The notes under the pieces are model-generated. The model worked only from the letters and a program-made list of their open reading frames with translations, did no database searches and had not been told where the DNA came from. A DNA stretch of 32,000 bases from Nitrosotalea devaniterrae. GTDB lineage: Archaea > Thermoproteota > Nitrososphaeria > Nitrososphaerales > Nitrosopumilaceae. Position numbers and translations under genes: made by a program. Location: contig LN890280.1 of NCBI GenBank assembly GCA_900065925.1, positions 146,451 to 178,450 of the forward strand, read 5' to 3'. How positions within the stretch are numbered: position 1 is the first letter of the stretch; each line of letters opens with the position of its first letter. Shown piece by piece: positions 16,886 through 24,762 of the stretch.

Positions 16886-16974
16886 GGGTCTATGGCTCAG
16901 CCAGGTAGAGCGAGGGACTCTTATGATCTTTCGGAGATATCCCTATGTCGTGGGTTCAAATCCCACTAGACCCG
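16886..16974 (+). tRNA. tRNA-Lys (anticodon CTT) containing a 15-nt canonical-position intron
   Basis: Acceptor GGGTCTA/TAGACCC, D arm GCTC...GAGC, anticodon stem AGGGA/TCCCT, T arm GTGGG-TTCAAAT-CCCAC, discriminator G. The anticodon loop is 22 nt; removing TGATCTTTCGGAGAT (16924-16938) leaves CTCTTAA with anticodon CTT. Confidence 0.9.
16924..16938 (+). other. Predicted tRNA intron (between positions 37 and 38)
   Basis: TGATCTTTCGGAGAT; can form a small ATCT/AGAT hairpin, in line with an archaeal bulge-helix-bulge substrate. Confidence 0.75.
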
Positions 16975-17002
16975 CTAAATTTTTAATGAAAAGATTGGTT
17001 AA

Positions 17003-17257
17003 TTATTTCTTGTAAATTTTTCCTCTATGATCCGTCTCTACTACAAAAATTATCATTTTACTTTGCTGTAGATCTAATATCACTCTGTAGTTTCCCACAC
17101 GCAGTCTATAAAATGGTGAATTGGTTAATCTCATCACTGCTCTAAATGGGTCTTCAATACAATCTAATATTGACTCATAAATTTTCTTTGCATTTTTTTT
17201 ATCTATTTTTTCTAATTGTTTAACAGATTTCTCAGACCAAATGACTTCCCAACTCAT
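17003..17257 (-). CDS. RelE/ParE-family toxin (mRNA interferase type)
   Basis: 84 aa; 'WEVIWSEKSVKQLEKIDKKNAKKI', 'FYRLRVGNYRVILDLQQSKMIIFVVETDHRGKIYKK' is the RelE C-terminal signature. Confidence 0.88.
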   Translation of the reverse strand: MSWEVIWSEKSVKQLEKIDKKNAKKIYESILDCIEDPFRAVMRLTNSPFYRLRVGNYRVILDLQQSKMIIFVVETDHRGKIYKK

Positions 17258-17491
17258 CTACTTTAGTCCTAATTTCCTTTTCACTTGATCTGATGTATAT
17301 ACACGTCCTGCCTTGATATCTGCAACACCTTCTTCAATATTTCTGATTACTTCATCACTTAGTATGTCATCTTCCTGAGTATTTTTTAACAGTCGTGCAA
17401 TTACAGTCTCATATGTTTCACTAGGATGGTTCATTTGTTTTCTGAGATCATTTTTGATCTTTTTAGAAAGTTTAATAGTGCTTTGTTCCAT
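17258..17491 (-). CDS. Cognate antitoxin (RHH/CopG-like N-terminus)
   Basis: 77 aa; 'STIKLSKKIKNDLRKQMNHPSETYETVIARLLKNT' resembles a ribbon-helix-helix; directly abuts the toxin gene. Confidence 0.75.
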   Translation of the reverse strand: MEQSTIKLSKKIKNDLRKQMNHPSETYETVIARLLKNTQEDDILSDEVIRNIEEGVADIKAGRVYTSDQVKRKLGLK

Positions 17492-17528
17492 GGTATACTA
17501 CAGTATACTGTGGTATAATGTAGTATAA
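17492..17528 (-). promoter_or_regulatory. Promoter/operator of the toxin-antitoxin operon: four 10-bp-periodic repeats overlapping the TATA region
   Basis: TGGTATACTA (17491) / CAGTATACTG (17501) / TGGTATAATG (17511) / TAGTATAAAA (17521), in exact 10-nt register directly before the antitoxin ATG. Confidence 0.7.
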
Positions 17529-17681
17529 AAATAGATTGTCATTTAAATTAAGAATGAAAATCCATCTATATTGTAATTTGGATAAAGATATTTTTAAAAT
17601 AATTTATAATTCTTACAAAAACTTTTGAACTGGAAAAAACCGACAGATCTATAAAGAGGGTTTTGTGAGTTTTGCAAAGAC

Positions 17682-17765
17682 ATGGAAAAGTTTGAACAAT
17701 GGTGGAAAGGTTTGGTTAAAGAGCTTGAAGAAGATATTGAAACTGTAGCACTACATGTTGAATAA
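17682..17765 (+). CDS. Possible 27-aa acidic micro-ORF
   Basis: ATG..TAA encodes MEKFEQWWKGLVKELEEDIETVALHVE; isolated intergenic placement. Coding status uncertain. Confidence 0.25.
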   Translation: MEKFEQWWKGLVKELEEDIETVALHVE

Positions 17766-17831
17766 ACTCATTAAATGCTAATCTAGAATTATATCAAAAG
17801 GTCTTTTGGCAGTTTCACACACTTTTAAGGT

Positions 17832-17990
17832 CTAGTGAATGCACTGACAGTCTACGAGTTTTGTATCAAATGTACAGTCATGTGGGCCCTCTGATTTACC
17901 CTGGGTAGGAATCTGTTTCATACAGTCATCGTGACGGCCCTTTCTACAAAACCAACAGATTGGATTGGCTGCAGGCTCATTGCATTCCAT
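17832..17990 (-). CDS. 52-aa Cys/His-rich mini-protein, putative zinc-binding
   Basis: My translation: MECNEPAANPICWFCRKGRHDDCMKQIPTQGKSEGPHDCTFDTKLVDCQCIH; 7 Cys and 3 His; 10 nt downstream of the C2H2 gene on the same strand. Confidence 0.65.
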   Translation of the reverse strand: MECNEPAANPICWFCRKGRHDDCMKQIPTQGKSEGPHDCTFDTKLVDCQCIH

Positions 17991-18000
17991 AGTATATCAT

Positions 18001-18198
18001 CTAAAAGATGGTTACGTCTCCAGGTGTGGGAGAATGACTGTTTGTATCATTGTGGAATTCCATAAACTCTTTGTGGGAATCTTCTTGATGTTTTCTTAGT
18101 TCTCCCAAGTTTTCAAACACATTGCTACACAGGTAGCATTTTGGCTTGTGTTGATCTACCATTGATAGTACCATCATACTTCTTACCCTGTCTGTCAT
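18001..18198 (-). CDS. Small C2H2 zinc finger protein
   Basis: 65 aa; 'CYLCSNVFENLGELRKHQEDSH' = C-x2-C-x12-H-x4-H classical C2H2 finger. Confidence 0.82.
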   Translation of the reverse strand: MTDRVRSMMVLSMVDQHKPKCYLCSNVFENLGELRKHQEDSHKEFMEFHNDTNSHSPTPGDVTIF

Positions 18199-18216
18199 AA
18201 TTGAATCTTTTTTGTT

Positions 18217-19131
18217 CTAAACTGGAGTAAACCACTCTGAAAAGCGTTCATCTTTTCCTCTAGATGCCTCATAGAATGCATTCTGTAGCTTGCGGGTTAT
18301 TTCTCCTAATTTGCCGTCTCCAATAGTTATGTTGTCAATCTCTGTTACTGATTTTACCTCAGCTGCAGTACCTGTCATAAAGACCTCATCTGCTACATAC
18401 AGGTCTTCTCTATCGATGTCTCTTTGAATTATAGTAAATCCTTCTGATTTTGCTATCTTGATAACACTGTCTCTTGTTATGCCATCCAAGATTCCAGAAC
18501 TAAGTGGAGGTGTCGAGATCTCATCTTTGTTTACAATAAAAATATTTTCTGCACTTCCCTCTGATACTTTACCATGGTAATTCAGCATGATTGCTTCATC
18601 ATAACCATCTCTTAGAGCCTCAACTCTAGCTAGTGCTGCATTTGCATAGTTTGATGCAGCCTTTGCTTGCATGGGCTGTGATCTAGAATCTATCCTAAGC
18701 CAACTTGATACCTTGCATCTTGCCCCACGTATTTTACCTGCACTAGACTCTCCAGTATTCCATTCCCAGCAGGCTATTGCAACTTCTACCTTGTTTGGAG
18801 TTGGTGTAAGACCCATAACCCCATGGCCGTAATATGCAATTGGTCTAATGTAGCATTCTTTGAGTTTGCTTGCCTTTACTGTCTTGATTATTCCATCTGA
18901 AATTTCTTTTTTGGTATAGGGCATTTTCATAGAGTACATTTTTGCCGACTTGAATAATCTATCCACATGTTCTGGTAGTCTGAAGATCATTGGACCTCTA
19001 GGAGTATTATAACATCTTATTCCCTCAAATATTGCAGTTGAATAATGTAATGCGTGTGTAAGGACATGCACCTTTGCATTCTTGTATGGAACAAGTTTGC
19101 CGTTCATCCAAATCTTGCCTTGCTCTTTCAT
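18217..19131 (-). CDS. ilvE: Branched-chain amino acid aminotransferase
   Basis: 304 aa; 'IWMNGKLVPYKNAKVHVLTHALHYSTAIFEGIRCY', 'GYDEAIMLNYHGKVSEGSAENIFIV', 'SSGILDGITRDSVI'. Confidence 0.95.
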   Translation of the reverse strand: MKEQGKIWMNGKLVPYKNAKVHVLTHALHYSTAIFEGIRCYNTPRGPMIFRLPEHVDRLFKSAKMYSMKMPYTKKEISDGIIKTVKASKLKECYIRPIAYYGHGVMGLTPTPNKVEVAIACWEWNTGESSAGKIRGARCKVSSWLRIDSRSQPMQAKAASNYANAALARVEALRDGYDEAIMLNYHGKVSEGSAENIFIVNKDEISTPPLSSGILDGITRDSVIKIAKSEGFTIIQRDIDREDLYVADEVFMTGTAAEVKSVTEIDNITIGDGKLGEITRKLQNAFYEASRGKDERFSEWFTPV

Positions 19132-19233
19132 ACCAAGTGAGATTGCGTTTGGTAATTTAAAGAATTAATCAAATCTTAAACCATTGATGAGAAAATTGAC
19201 TGTCTTTAAATCAAAGAATGTCTAATTCTGGTT

Positions 19234-19440
19234 ATGTCCCAATCTATACTATCACTAGTCTCTGTTGCACTGTTTGTTATTGGTCTTGTAGGAAACGGAT
19301 TTGAGATGAGAAAGATTCGTATGGCTACAGAAGGACAACCCAACCCAAAGAACGTATTTGCAGATAAAAAAAACTTCAAATGGTATGCATTGATTGGAAT
19401 TGCCCTTGCGCTTTGGGCAGTAAACGGAATTTATACATGA
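19234..19440 (+). CDS. Small two-TM membrane protein, unknown function
   Basis: 68 aa; two hydrophobic segments (SILSLVSVALFVIGLVGNGF; WYALIGIALALWAVNGIY). Confidence 0.6.
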   Translation: MSQSILSLVSVALFVIGLVGNGFEMRKIRMATEGQPNPKNVFADKKNFKWYALIGIALALWAVNGIYT

Positions 19441-19489
19441 TCTATATAGATCAGCTCTAAATATTTCCTGATCGTATGTATTACTAGTG

Positions 19490-19580
19490 CGTGTTTTGGG
19501 TAACGCCGGGCTAATTCTAGATAAAGAGGCCCAAGAATAAACCCACTTTGACATCTACAGGTATAGGCTTGTAGGTGTTC
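19490..19580 (+). ncRNA. Candidate structured RNA, or long structured leader of the 24-aa basic ORF
   Basis: Nested stems TGGGT(19497-19501)/ACCCA(19541-19545) and GGGC(19508-19511)/GCCC(19529-19532), plus a 9-bp hairpin ACATCTACA(19551-19559)/TGTAGGTGT(19570-19578); TATA-like CTAAATAT about 30 nt upstream (about 19456). No family recognised. Confidence 0.35.
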
Positions 19581-19641
19581 AAATGTTCAAGTTTTCTTAT
19601 ACCAAAGATAGAAATCATAGTAGATTGTCTGAAAATTAGAC

Positions 19642-19716
19642 ATGGTTGCAAGAAAGACAGGAAAACACCAACGCAAAGCAGACCAACGCGCTACTCGCAG
19701 AAAAAGAAAAAAGTAA
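19642..19716 (+). CDS. Possible 24-aa highly basic mini-protein
   Basis: ATG..TAA encodes MVARKTGKHQRKADQRATRRKRKK (11 Arg/Lys and 1 His within the last 21 residues or so); intergenic, downstream of the putative structured RNA. Confidence 0.4.
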   Translation: MVARKTGKHQRKADQRATRRKRKK

Positions 19717-19770
19717 AACAGTAGTTGTAATTTTATACAAACAAAATTATTTCACTGATATTATTTTTAG

Positions 19771-21186
19771 TTAAACAAATTTTATTTTAGATCTTTCCGC
19801 ATGTACTGCCCTTATTGCTTTCTCTATGCTGTCACCACTATCTTCAATTACTATGATGATTCTAGATGTTTCTTCTTGGGCATCCATGTTGAGTATGTTC
19901 AAGCCTGCCTCGCCTATTCTAGAACTTGCCTTTGATGCAACTTGTTGTACTCGCCACATCTCATCTCCAATCAAGGTGATGACGCCTCTGTTGTAAGTTA
20001 TGGATGCTAATGAATCAAATCCTAAAATGTATCTTTCATTGCGCTTGACATAATCTCCGTCCAGAAATAGTATTCTTGTAAATTCAATGTCATCTTTTGT
20101 AAATGGAGACAAGACTACAAATTCACTATACCTCTTATCATTATCAAGTGAATGAAATAGTCTCTCAGATGCCTCTTTTTCAATTCTTACAATAGAACAA
20201 TTTTTCTTGCCAGTAACTATTTTGAGAGGATGACCATTTTTTTCACTGGGTTTTCTTTCAATTGTTGTTATTTTTTCAGGTCTGCCCATGTCTGTAATTA
20301 TTATCGGCATCTCTACACCGTTTTCTACAATCTCTTTAATTGCAATTGGATCCAAAATCTTCATGCCAAACATTCCTGCGATTCTTGCTTCATTATATGA
20401 GAGACTAGTTATGTTTTCAAGTTCTTCTTTTACTACTCTGGGATCTGCAGATAATACTGCACTATCTTTTTCAAAATCAATTCTAGTGTGATATTTTTTG
20501 CTAAACAAAATTCCAAGGTCAGCAGCAGTCCTATCAGAGCCACCCCTCTCATATGTTGTCTCTATTCCTTCTATTGTCTTGCCAATAAAACCGCCTATTG
20601 ACAAGACATCATTTTCTTCAAGTAGTTTTTCAGTTTCACTCATTCTCTCTGATGATTCTGAGGCAAGAAAATTTGCAGATTCCAGATTATTGTCAGTGAT
20701 TATAGGCCAGGCATCAAATGAAATGACCTCTGACTTTATTCCTGAACTTTTCAATACGTAATTCATTACATTGGACATCAAGACTTCACCTGAATATGCA
20801 AGCAGTCTTGCTCTTGTTTCATTGGCAAATTCTCTTTTTTGCAAGGTTTCTGCTAAAACAATCTCTGCTTTTTCTAGAAAAGAGTTGATGATTTTGTTAC
20901 AGTCGTCTTGAAGTGTCTTGTCCACCATACTTACAATTTTTTGGTATGGTTTTCTTAGAATTTCTGTACCTAAGTTTTCTCCTTTTTCTGCTCTACGTCC
21001 AATCTCAAGTGCGATATCTGTAAGCGACCTTTGTTTTTCATTGTATATTGTAAGAGGTGCAGAAAAAACTGTAATTACTTTGGAATCTTTTTTCAATTCA
21101 TTAATCCTTTTGATTATGGAAGGTATCAGTATACCATCTACACCTACTGCACTACCGCCAAATTTTGAAATGACTAGGTTCTTCAA
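19771..21186 (-). CDS. lysC: Aspartate kinase with C-terminal ACT domains
   Basis: 471 aa; 'VISKFGGSAVGVDG', 'YERGGSDRTAADLG', 'VLSADPR', ACT region 'VQQVASKASSRIGEAGLNILNMDAQEETSRIIIVIEDS'. Confidence 0.9.
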   Translation of the reverse strand: MKNLVISKFGGSAVGVDGILIPSIIKRINELKKDSKVITVFSAPLTIYNEKQRSLTDIALEIGRRAEKGENLGTEILRKPYQKIVSMVDKTLQDDCNKIINSFLEKAEIVLAETLQKREFANETRARLLAYSGEVLMSNVMNYVLKSSGIKSEVISFDAWPIITDNNLESANFLASESSERMSETEKLLEENDVLSIGGFIGKTIEGIETTYERGGSDRTAADLGILFSKKYHTRIDFEKDSAVLSADPRVVKEELENITSLSYNEARIAGMFGMKILDPIAIKEIVENGVEMPIIITDMGRPEKITTIERKPSEKNGHPLKIVTGKKNCSIVRIEKEASERLFHSLDNDKRYSEFVVLSPFTKDDIEFTRILFLDGDYVKRNERYILGFDSLASITYNRGVITLIGDEMWRVQQVASKASSRIGEAGLNILNMDAQEETSRIIIVIEDSGDSIEKAIRAVHAERSKIKFV

Positions 21187-21309
21187 AACGTCGTTATCTC
21201 TATTCCAATCCTTCTATAAAGTATTGGATATTTTCACATTCCTTCCAAAGAATCTAAACTGCATAAATCATACGCATTACTTAAATCCAAAAAACTAGCA
21301 ACTAGATTC

Positions 21310-21468
21310 ATGTCTGCAAAATCTAATGATTTTGTCATTCAGGGTGAGCTTTTCCGAGACAAAAATACTAATCATATTCTACAATTCATTCCAGAGGTAG
21401 GTCTTGTTCATAATGAATCACTCTGTAAGGAAATCACTGGCTGCATTGATTTTCAGAAAAATAACTAG
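21310..21468 (+). CDS. Possible 52-aa conserved hypothetical protein
   Basis: ATG..TAG encodes MSAKSNDFVIQGELFRDKNTNHILQFIPEVGLVHNESLCKEITGCIDFQKNN; stop codon overlaps the 3' end of the convergent GT gene. Confidence 0.4.
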   Translation: MSAKSNDFVIQGELFRDKNTNHILQFIPEVGLVHNESLCKEITGCIDFQKNN

Positions 21469-22481
21469 GCCAGGAAATTTCTTATAAGATCAGATGCTTT
21501 TTTTGCCCCGTCAAAAGGTTGAGGGTTTCTTTTTTCATTAATTTTCTCCAGTATTAGTTTATCCAGATTAAATATATTGTCATGTGTATATCCTAATTCA
21601 ATAGCGTTTTCTTCTTGTTCAAAATGACCTTTTATTGGAATGAATATTCCGGGTGTTCCATAATGCCTTGATTCATCTATGGTGGATTTTCCAGCAAGTG
21701 CAATTACCAAATCTGCTGCAAATATTACTTCATGTAAATTATTTACAAATCCAAGATTTCTAATGTTTGGATGACTCATGTCAAATGATGGACCACTCAC
21801 AATCACAAGTTCAAAATCATGGTTGATCTTTGGATATATTTCGAGAATTTTTTCAATCAAGAATTTGCCAGAATCAGTTCCACCTATGCTTACAACAATT
21901 GTTTTCTTGTGGAATGCAAATTTCTCACGTAGCTGCTCACGTGACTGTGATGTATTACGTACTATTGGACCAACTCTTACTAGATTATCTTCGTTCTTTC
22001 CATTTTCTGGCAAAATCACAAGATCGCATTTTTCAATTATGCTTTTCATTGATTTGTTCATTTGTCCTTCAATTATGGAACCAACACCTCTTGCAAAATT
22101 TGTCTTGAGTATGTCTGTCACTAAAATGGTCTTGATTCCCATATCTTGGGCAGTCACCAATGATGCAAAATCTTCATCACTTGTGACAAGTCTTGGGTGG
22201 TAGTTTTTTAGTATTTGAGATGAAATTACTTTACATTCTTTGTAATAAGAATAGTATTTGAAGAGCCATTTGAGAGGCTGTTTGAGTTTTCCATTCTCGA
22301 CTTGAAAAGCGGGGGGTCTGTATAGGTCATCTACATCAAATCCATTCTGTGAAATAAGTGATGGTGCAGAACCTCCGCTTACAAACCTCTTTGACACATT
22401 GTCAAGGCTTTGGGATATGGCAACATCACGCGTTGCATGTCCCAATCCAATGGGACTTGAGAAAAAAACTAGATCTAGCAT
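21465..22481 (-). CDS. MurG/GT28-like glycosyltransferase family protein
   Basis: 338 aa; N-terminal 'FFSSPIGLGHATRDVAISQSL', C-terminal 'KTIVVSIGGTDSGKFLIEKILE', 'NLHEVIFAADLVIALAGKSTIDESRHYGTPGIFIPIKGHFEQEENA'. Confidence 0.8.
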   Translation of the reverse strand: MLDLVFFSSPIGLGHATRDVAISQSLDNVSKRFVSGGSAPSLISQNGFDVDDLYRPPAFQVENGKLKQPLKWLFKYYSYYKECKVISSQILKNYHPRLVTSDEDFASLVTAQDMGIKTILVTDILKTNFARGVGSIIEGQMNKSMKSIIEKCDLVILPENGKNEDNLVRVGPIVRNTSQSREQLREKFAFHKKTIVVSIGGTDSGKFLIEKILEIYPKINHDFELVIVSGPSFDMSHPNIRNLGFVNNLHEVIFAADLVIALAGKSTIDESRHYGTPGIFIPIKGHFEQEENAIELGYTHDNIFNLDKLILEKINEKRNPQPFDGAKKASDLIRNFLA

Positions 22482-22563
22482 ATCTACGACTTGAATGTAA
22501 TTTCTCTATTTTTATTTTGAGTGATTCTCAAAGTTTAAATTCATTTTAACGTGGAGCTTGCTT

Positions 22564-22638
22564 GGGTTCATAGTCCAGGTCGGTTATGACGTCGCCCTTA
22601 CACGGCGAAGATCCAGGGTTCAAATCCCTGTGGACCCA
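22564..22638 (+). tRNA. tRNA-Val (anticodon TAC)
   Basis: Acceptor GGGTTCA/TGGACCC, anticodon arm TCGCC-CTTACAC-GGCGA, T arm CAGGG-TTCAAAT-CCCTG, discriminator A; TATA-like TTTAAAT at about 22535. Confidence 0.93.
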
Positions 22639-22639
22639 C

Positions 22640-23518
22640 TTAAAACCCTCTGAGACCAACGGGTCTGCATAGTTCTGGATGGCTTTTCAAATATGAAATT
22701 TTTTGGAGCATGGATTGCTTGTCTTGAGGGAAAGTTCCACCTATTGGATAAGCATTTGATCCATGGTTTGCACGAAATACTACTTGTGTATCAGGTTCTA
22801 TTTTTGATATCAAAAGTTCAAGCTCTGTCAAGGCTTCCAAATCATCAATTGGTAGAAATGGTTCTTTGAATTTTGTCAAAAATTCGTCTCGTATACCATC
22901 TTCTAAATGTAAAGTAAGAGCTCCAACATAGTGGGGAGCAGATGCACTGAGCACCTTGGCAGTCTCCTCAATGTGGTTCCTTGAGTATGTCTTTCCACCT
23001 AGGCCTAGAATGACCATGCATGATATTGTATATCCTGCGTCTTTTGCTTTCTGACATGATCTAATGATTGTCTGGCCTGTTGCACCCTTGGTAACTTTTT
23101 TGAGAATTATATCTGAACCGCTTTCTATACCAATATAGAACATTGTAAGCCCTGCAGCATACAACTTTTTGAGATCCTCTGGAGATTTTTTCATAATGTT
23201 TTGTGGCATGGCATAACATGATATACGTTCAAAGTTTGGAAATTTCTCTCGTAGGTAGTCGAGAATTTGGATCATCCTCTCAGTTGGCAAGTTCAGTGCA
23301 TCACCGTCTGCAAGAAATATTCTAGTACTGTCGGGCATGTGCTTTGAGGCAAGATCAATTTCCATTTTGATCTCCTCCCATGGCCTTTCGGAATATTCTT
23401 TTGAGCGATACATGTTACAGTATGAGCATTTGTTAAATGAGCAACCCAACGTAACCTGAAAAATTAATGACTTGGCTTCAGACGGAGGCCTGTAAAGGGG
23501 ATAATCATAGTCTAACAT
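22640..23518 (-). CDS. Radical SAM protein (COG1032/Elp3-like fold), CX4CX2C cluster motif
   Basis: 292 aa; 'VTLGCSFNKCSYCNMYRSKEY', 'FLADGDALNLP', 'LYAAGLTMFYIGIESGSDIILKKVTKG', 'MVILGLGGKTYSRNH'. Confidence 0.88.
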   Translation of the reverse strand: MLDYDYPLYRPPSEAKSLIFQVTLGCSFNKCSYCNMYRSKEYSERPWEEIKMEIDLASKHMPDSTRIFLADGDALNLPTERMIQILDYLREKFPNFERISCYAMPQNIMKKSPEDLKKLYAAGLTMFYIGIESGSDIILKKVTKGATGQTIIRSCQKAKDAGYTISCMVILGLGGKTYSRNHIEETAKVLSASAPHYVGALTLHLEDGIRDEFLTKFKEPFLPIDDLEALTELELLISKIEPDTQVVFRANHGSNAYPIGGTFPQDKQSMLQKISYLKSHPELCRPVGLRGF

Positions 23519-23661
23519 ATTCTAATCTAATCAATTGTATCTTATCAGTTATTCGATCTTGTATTGTCTCAAAACTGCTTAGGTTTTTCATGATCAGTTA
23601 TCCCTATCTAAGGATGCGACAAATAAAGATCTATTAATTAACTGATGATACACGGAAATAC

Positions 23662-23964
23662 ATGCCCACAGATCCATATGCCAAACGTCTGCTTTGGTTT
23701 GTATTTATGGGCTCAAAAGGTGGATTAAACAGGATCCGTTTTATTTCTCATATACGCAATAAGCCGCTTAACGCTAACCAACTTGCAAAAGAAATGAATC
23801 TTGACTACAAGGCGATACAACACCATGTTGGAGTGCTTGAAAAAAACAATCTGATAACTCGTGTGGGTGACAAGTACGGTGCAACATTTTTCATATCTAC
23901 ATTTCTTGAGGTAAACATACAAGTCTTTGACGAAATTGTAAGCAAATTGGAAAAAAGTACATAA
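23662..23964 (+). CDS. ArsR-like winged-helix transcriptional regulator
   Basis: 100 aa; 'GSKGGLNRIRFISHIRNKPLNANQLAKEMNLDYKAIQHHVGVLEKNNLITRVGDKYGATFF'. Confidence 0.85.
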   Translation: MPTDPYAKRLLWFVFMGSKGGLNRIRFISHIRNKPLNANQLAKEMNLDYKAIQHHVGVLEKNNLITRVGDKYGATFFISTFLEVNIQVFDEIVSKLEKST

Positions 23965-23989
23965 GCAAAGTGGGATTAGTGTTTTTCAA

Positions 23990-24274
23990 ATGGAAGCAAT
24001 AATGACTGCAAGCACAATCGTATCAGGGGCAAACATGATAGCACTTGGGGTACTAATGGCTGTTTTTGCCAAGATGTATTCTAAAACCAAGGCACAACTG
24101 CCTCTTGGGATGATATTTTTTGCGGGCTTGCTATTTTTGCACAACGTGATTGGAGTCTATGCATACTTTACAATGATGGAACTATATGCTGTTGCATTAT
24201 TGCCATACATGTTAGCAGTACATGTTGCAGAACTTGCTGGCATATTGATATTTTTGCGAATAACTCTACAATAG
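23990..24274 (+). CDS. Three-TM small membrane protein, unknown function, downstream of the HTH regulator
   Basis: 94 aa with three hydrophobic segments; 26 nt downstream of the regulator. Confidence 0.65.
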   Translation: MEAIMTASTIVSGANMIALGVLMAVFAKMYSKTKAQLPLGMIFFAGLLFLHNVIGVYAYFTMMELYAVALLPYMLAVHVAELAGILIFLRITLQ

Positions 24275-24309
24275 ACTTGATTTATTTGTAAGATAGACAA
24301 AATCAATTT

Positions 24310-24762
24310 GTGAAACAGCAATACAAAGAATATCTTAAGCTAAACAAGAATATTCTTCTAGGATTCCTTGCATCTATTGTAGTCTCTGCAATTGTTGCAC
24401 AAATGTTTTCTAGTCAACAAAGCTATGTCAATGCAACAATAACTCTTGGTGTTGATTACCTTGTATATTTTTCCACTTTTGGAACACTCTTTTATTTTGA
24501 CAACAAGAAAAAATATGTTCTAAAAACAGGAGAAGTGGACAAGGCAAGTCTACGACGAGATCTGATAAAAGTAATATCATCTCTTGGAATCGGTGAGGTT
24601 GTCTATACAATTTGTAGATGGTCTCTTCAATATTATCTGCTTACAAATTCATATCAAGCATATGCAGCATCGTTGATATCTCAATCCGTATCTACTGTGA
24701 TCTACATGGTTACAGTAAATCTGAGTGTAAAATTCATGAGGTTGTACAAAGATGGTCCTTAG
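24310..24762 (+). CDS. Multi-pass membrane protein of unknown function
   Basis: 150 aa; several hydrophobic segments (LLGFLASIVVSAIVAQMF; LGVDYLVYFSTFGTLFYF). Confidence 0.65.
   Translation: MKQQYKEYLKLNKNILLGFLASIVVSAIVAQMFSSQQSYVNATITLGVDYLVYFSTFGTLFYFDNKKKYVLKTGEVDKASLRRDLIKVISSLGIGEVVYTICRWSLQYYLLTNSYQAYAASLISQSVSTVIYMVTVNLSVKFMRLYKDGP

Noticed and set aside
19255-19554. 99-aa minus-strand ORF
   Set aside because: Antisense to the better-supported 68-aa two-TM protein and spans the candidate structured RNA; no domain features.
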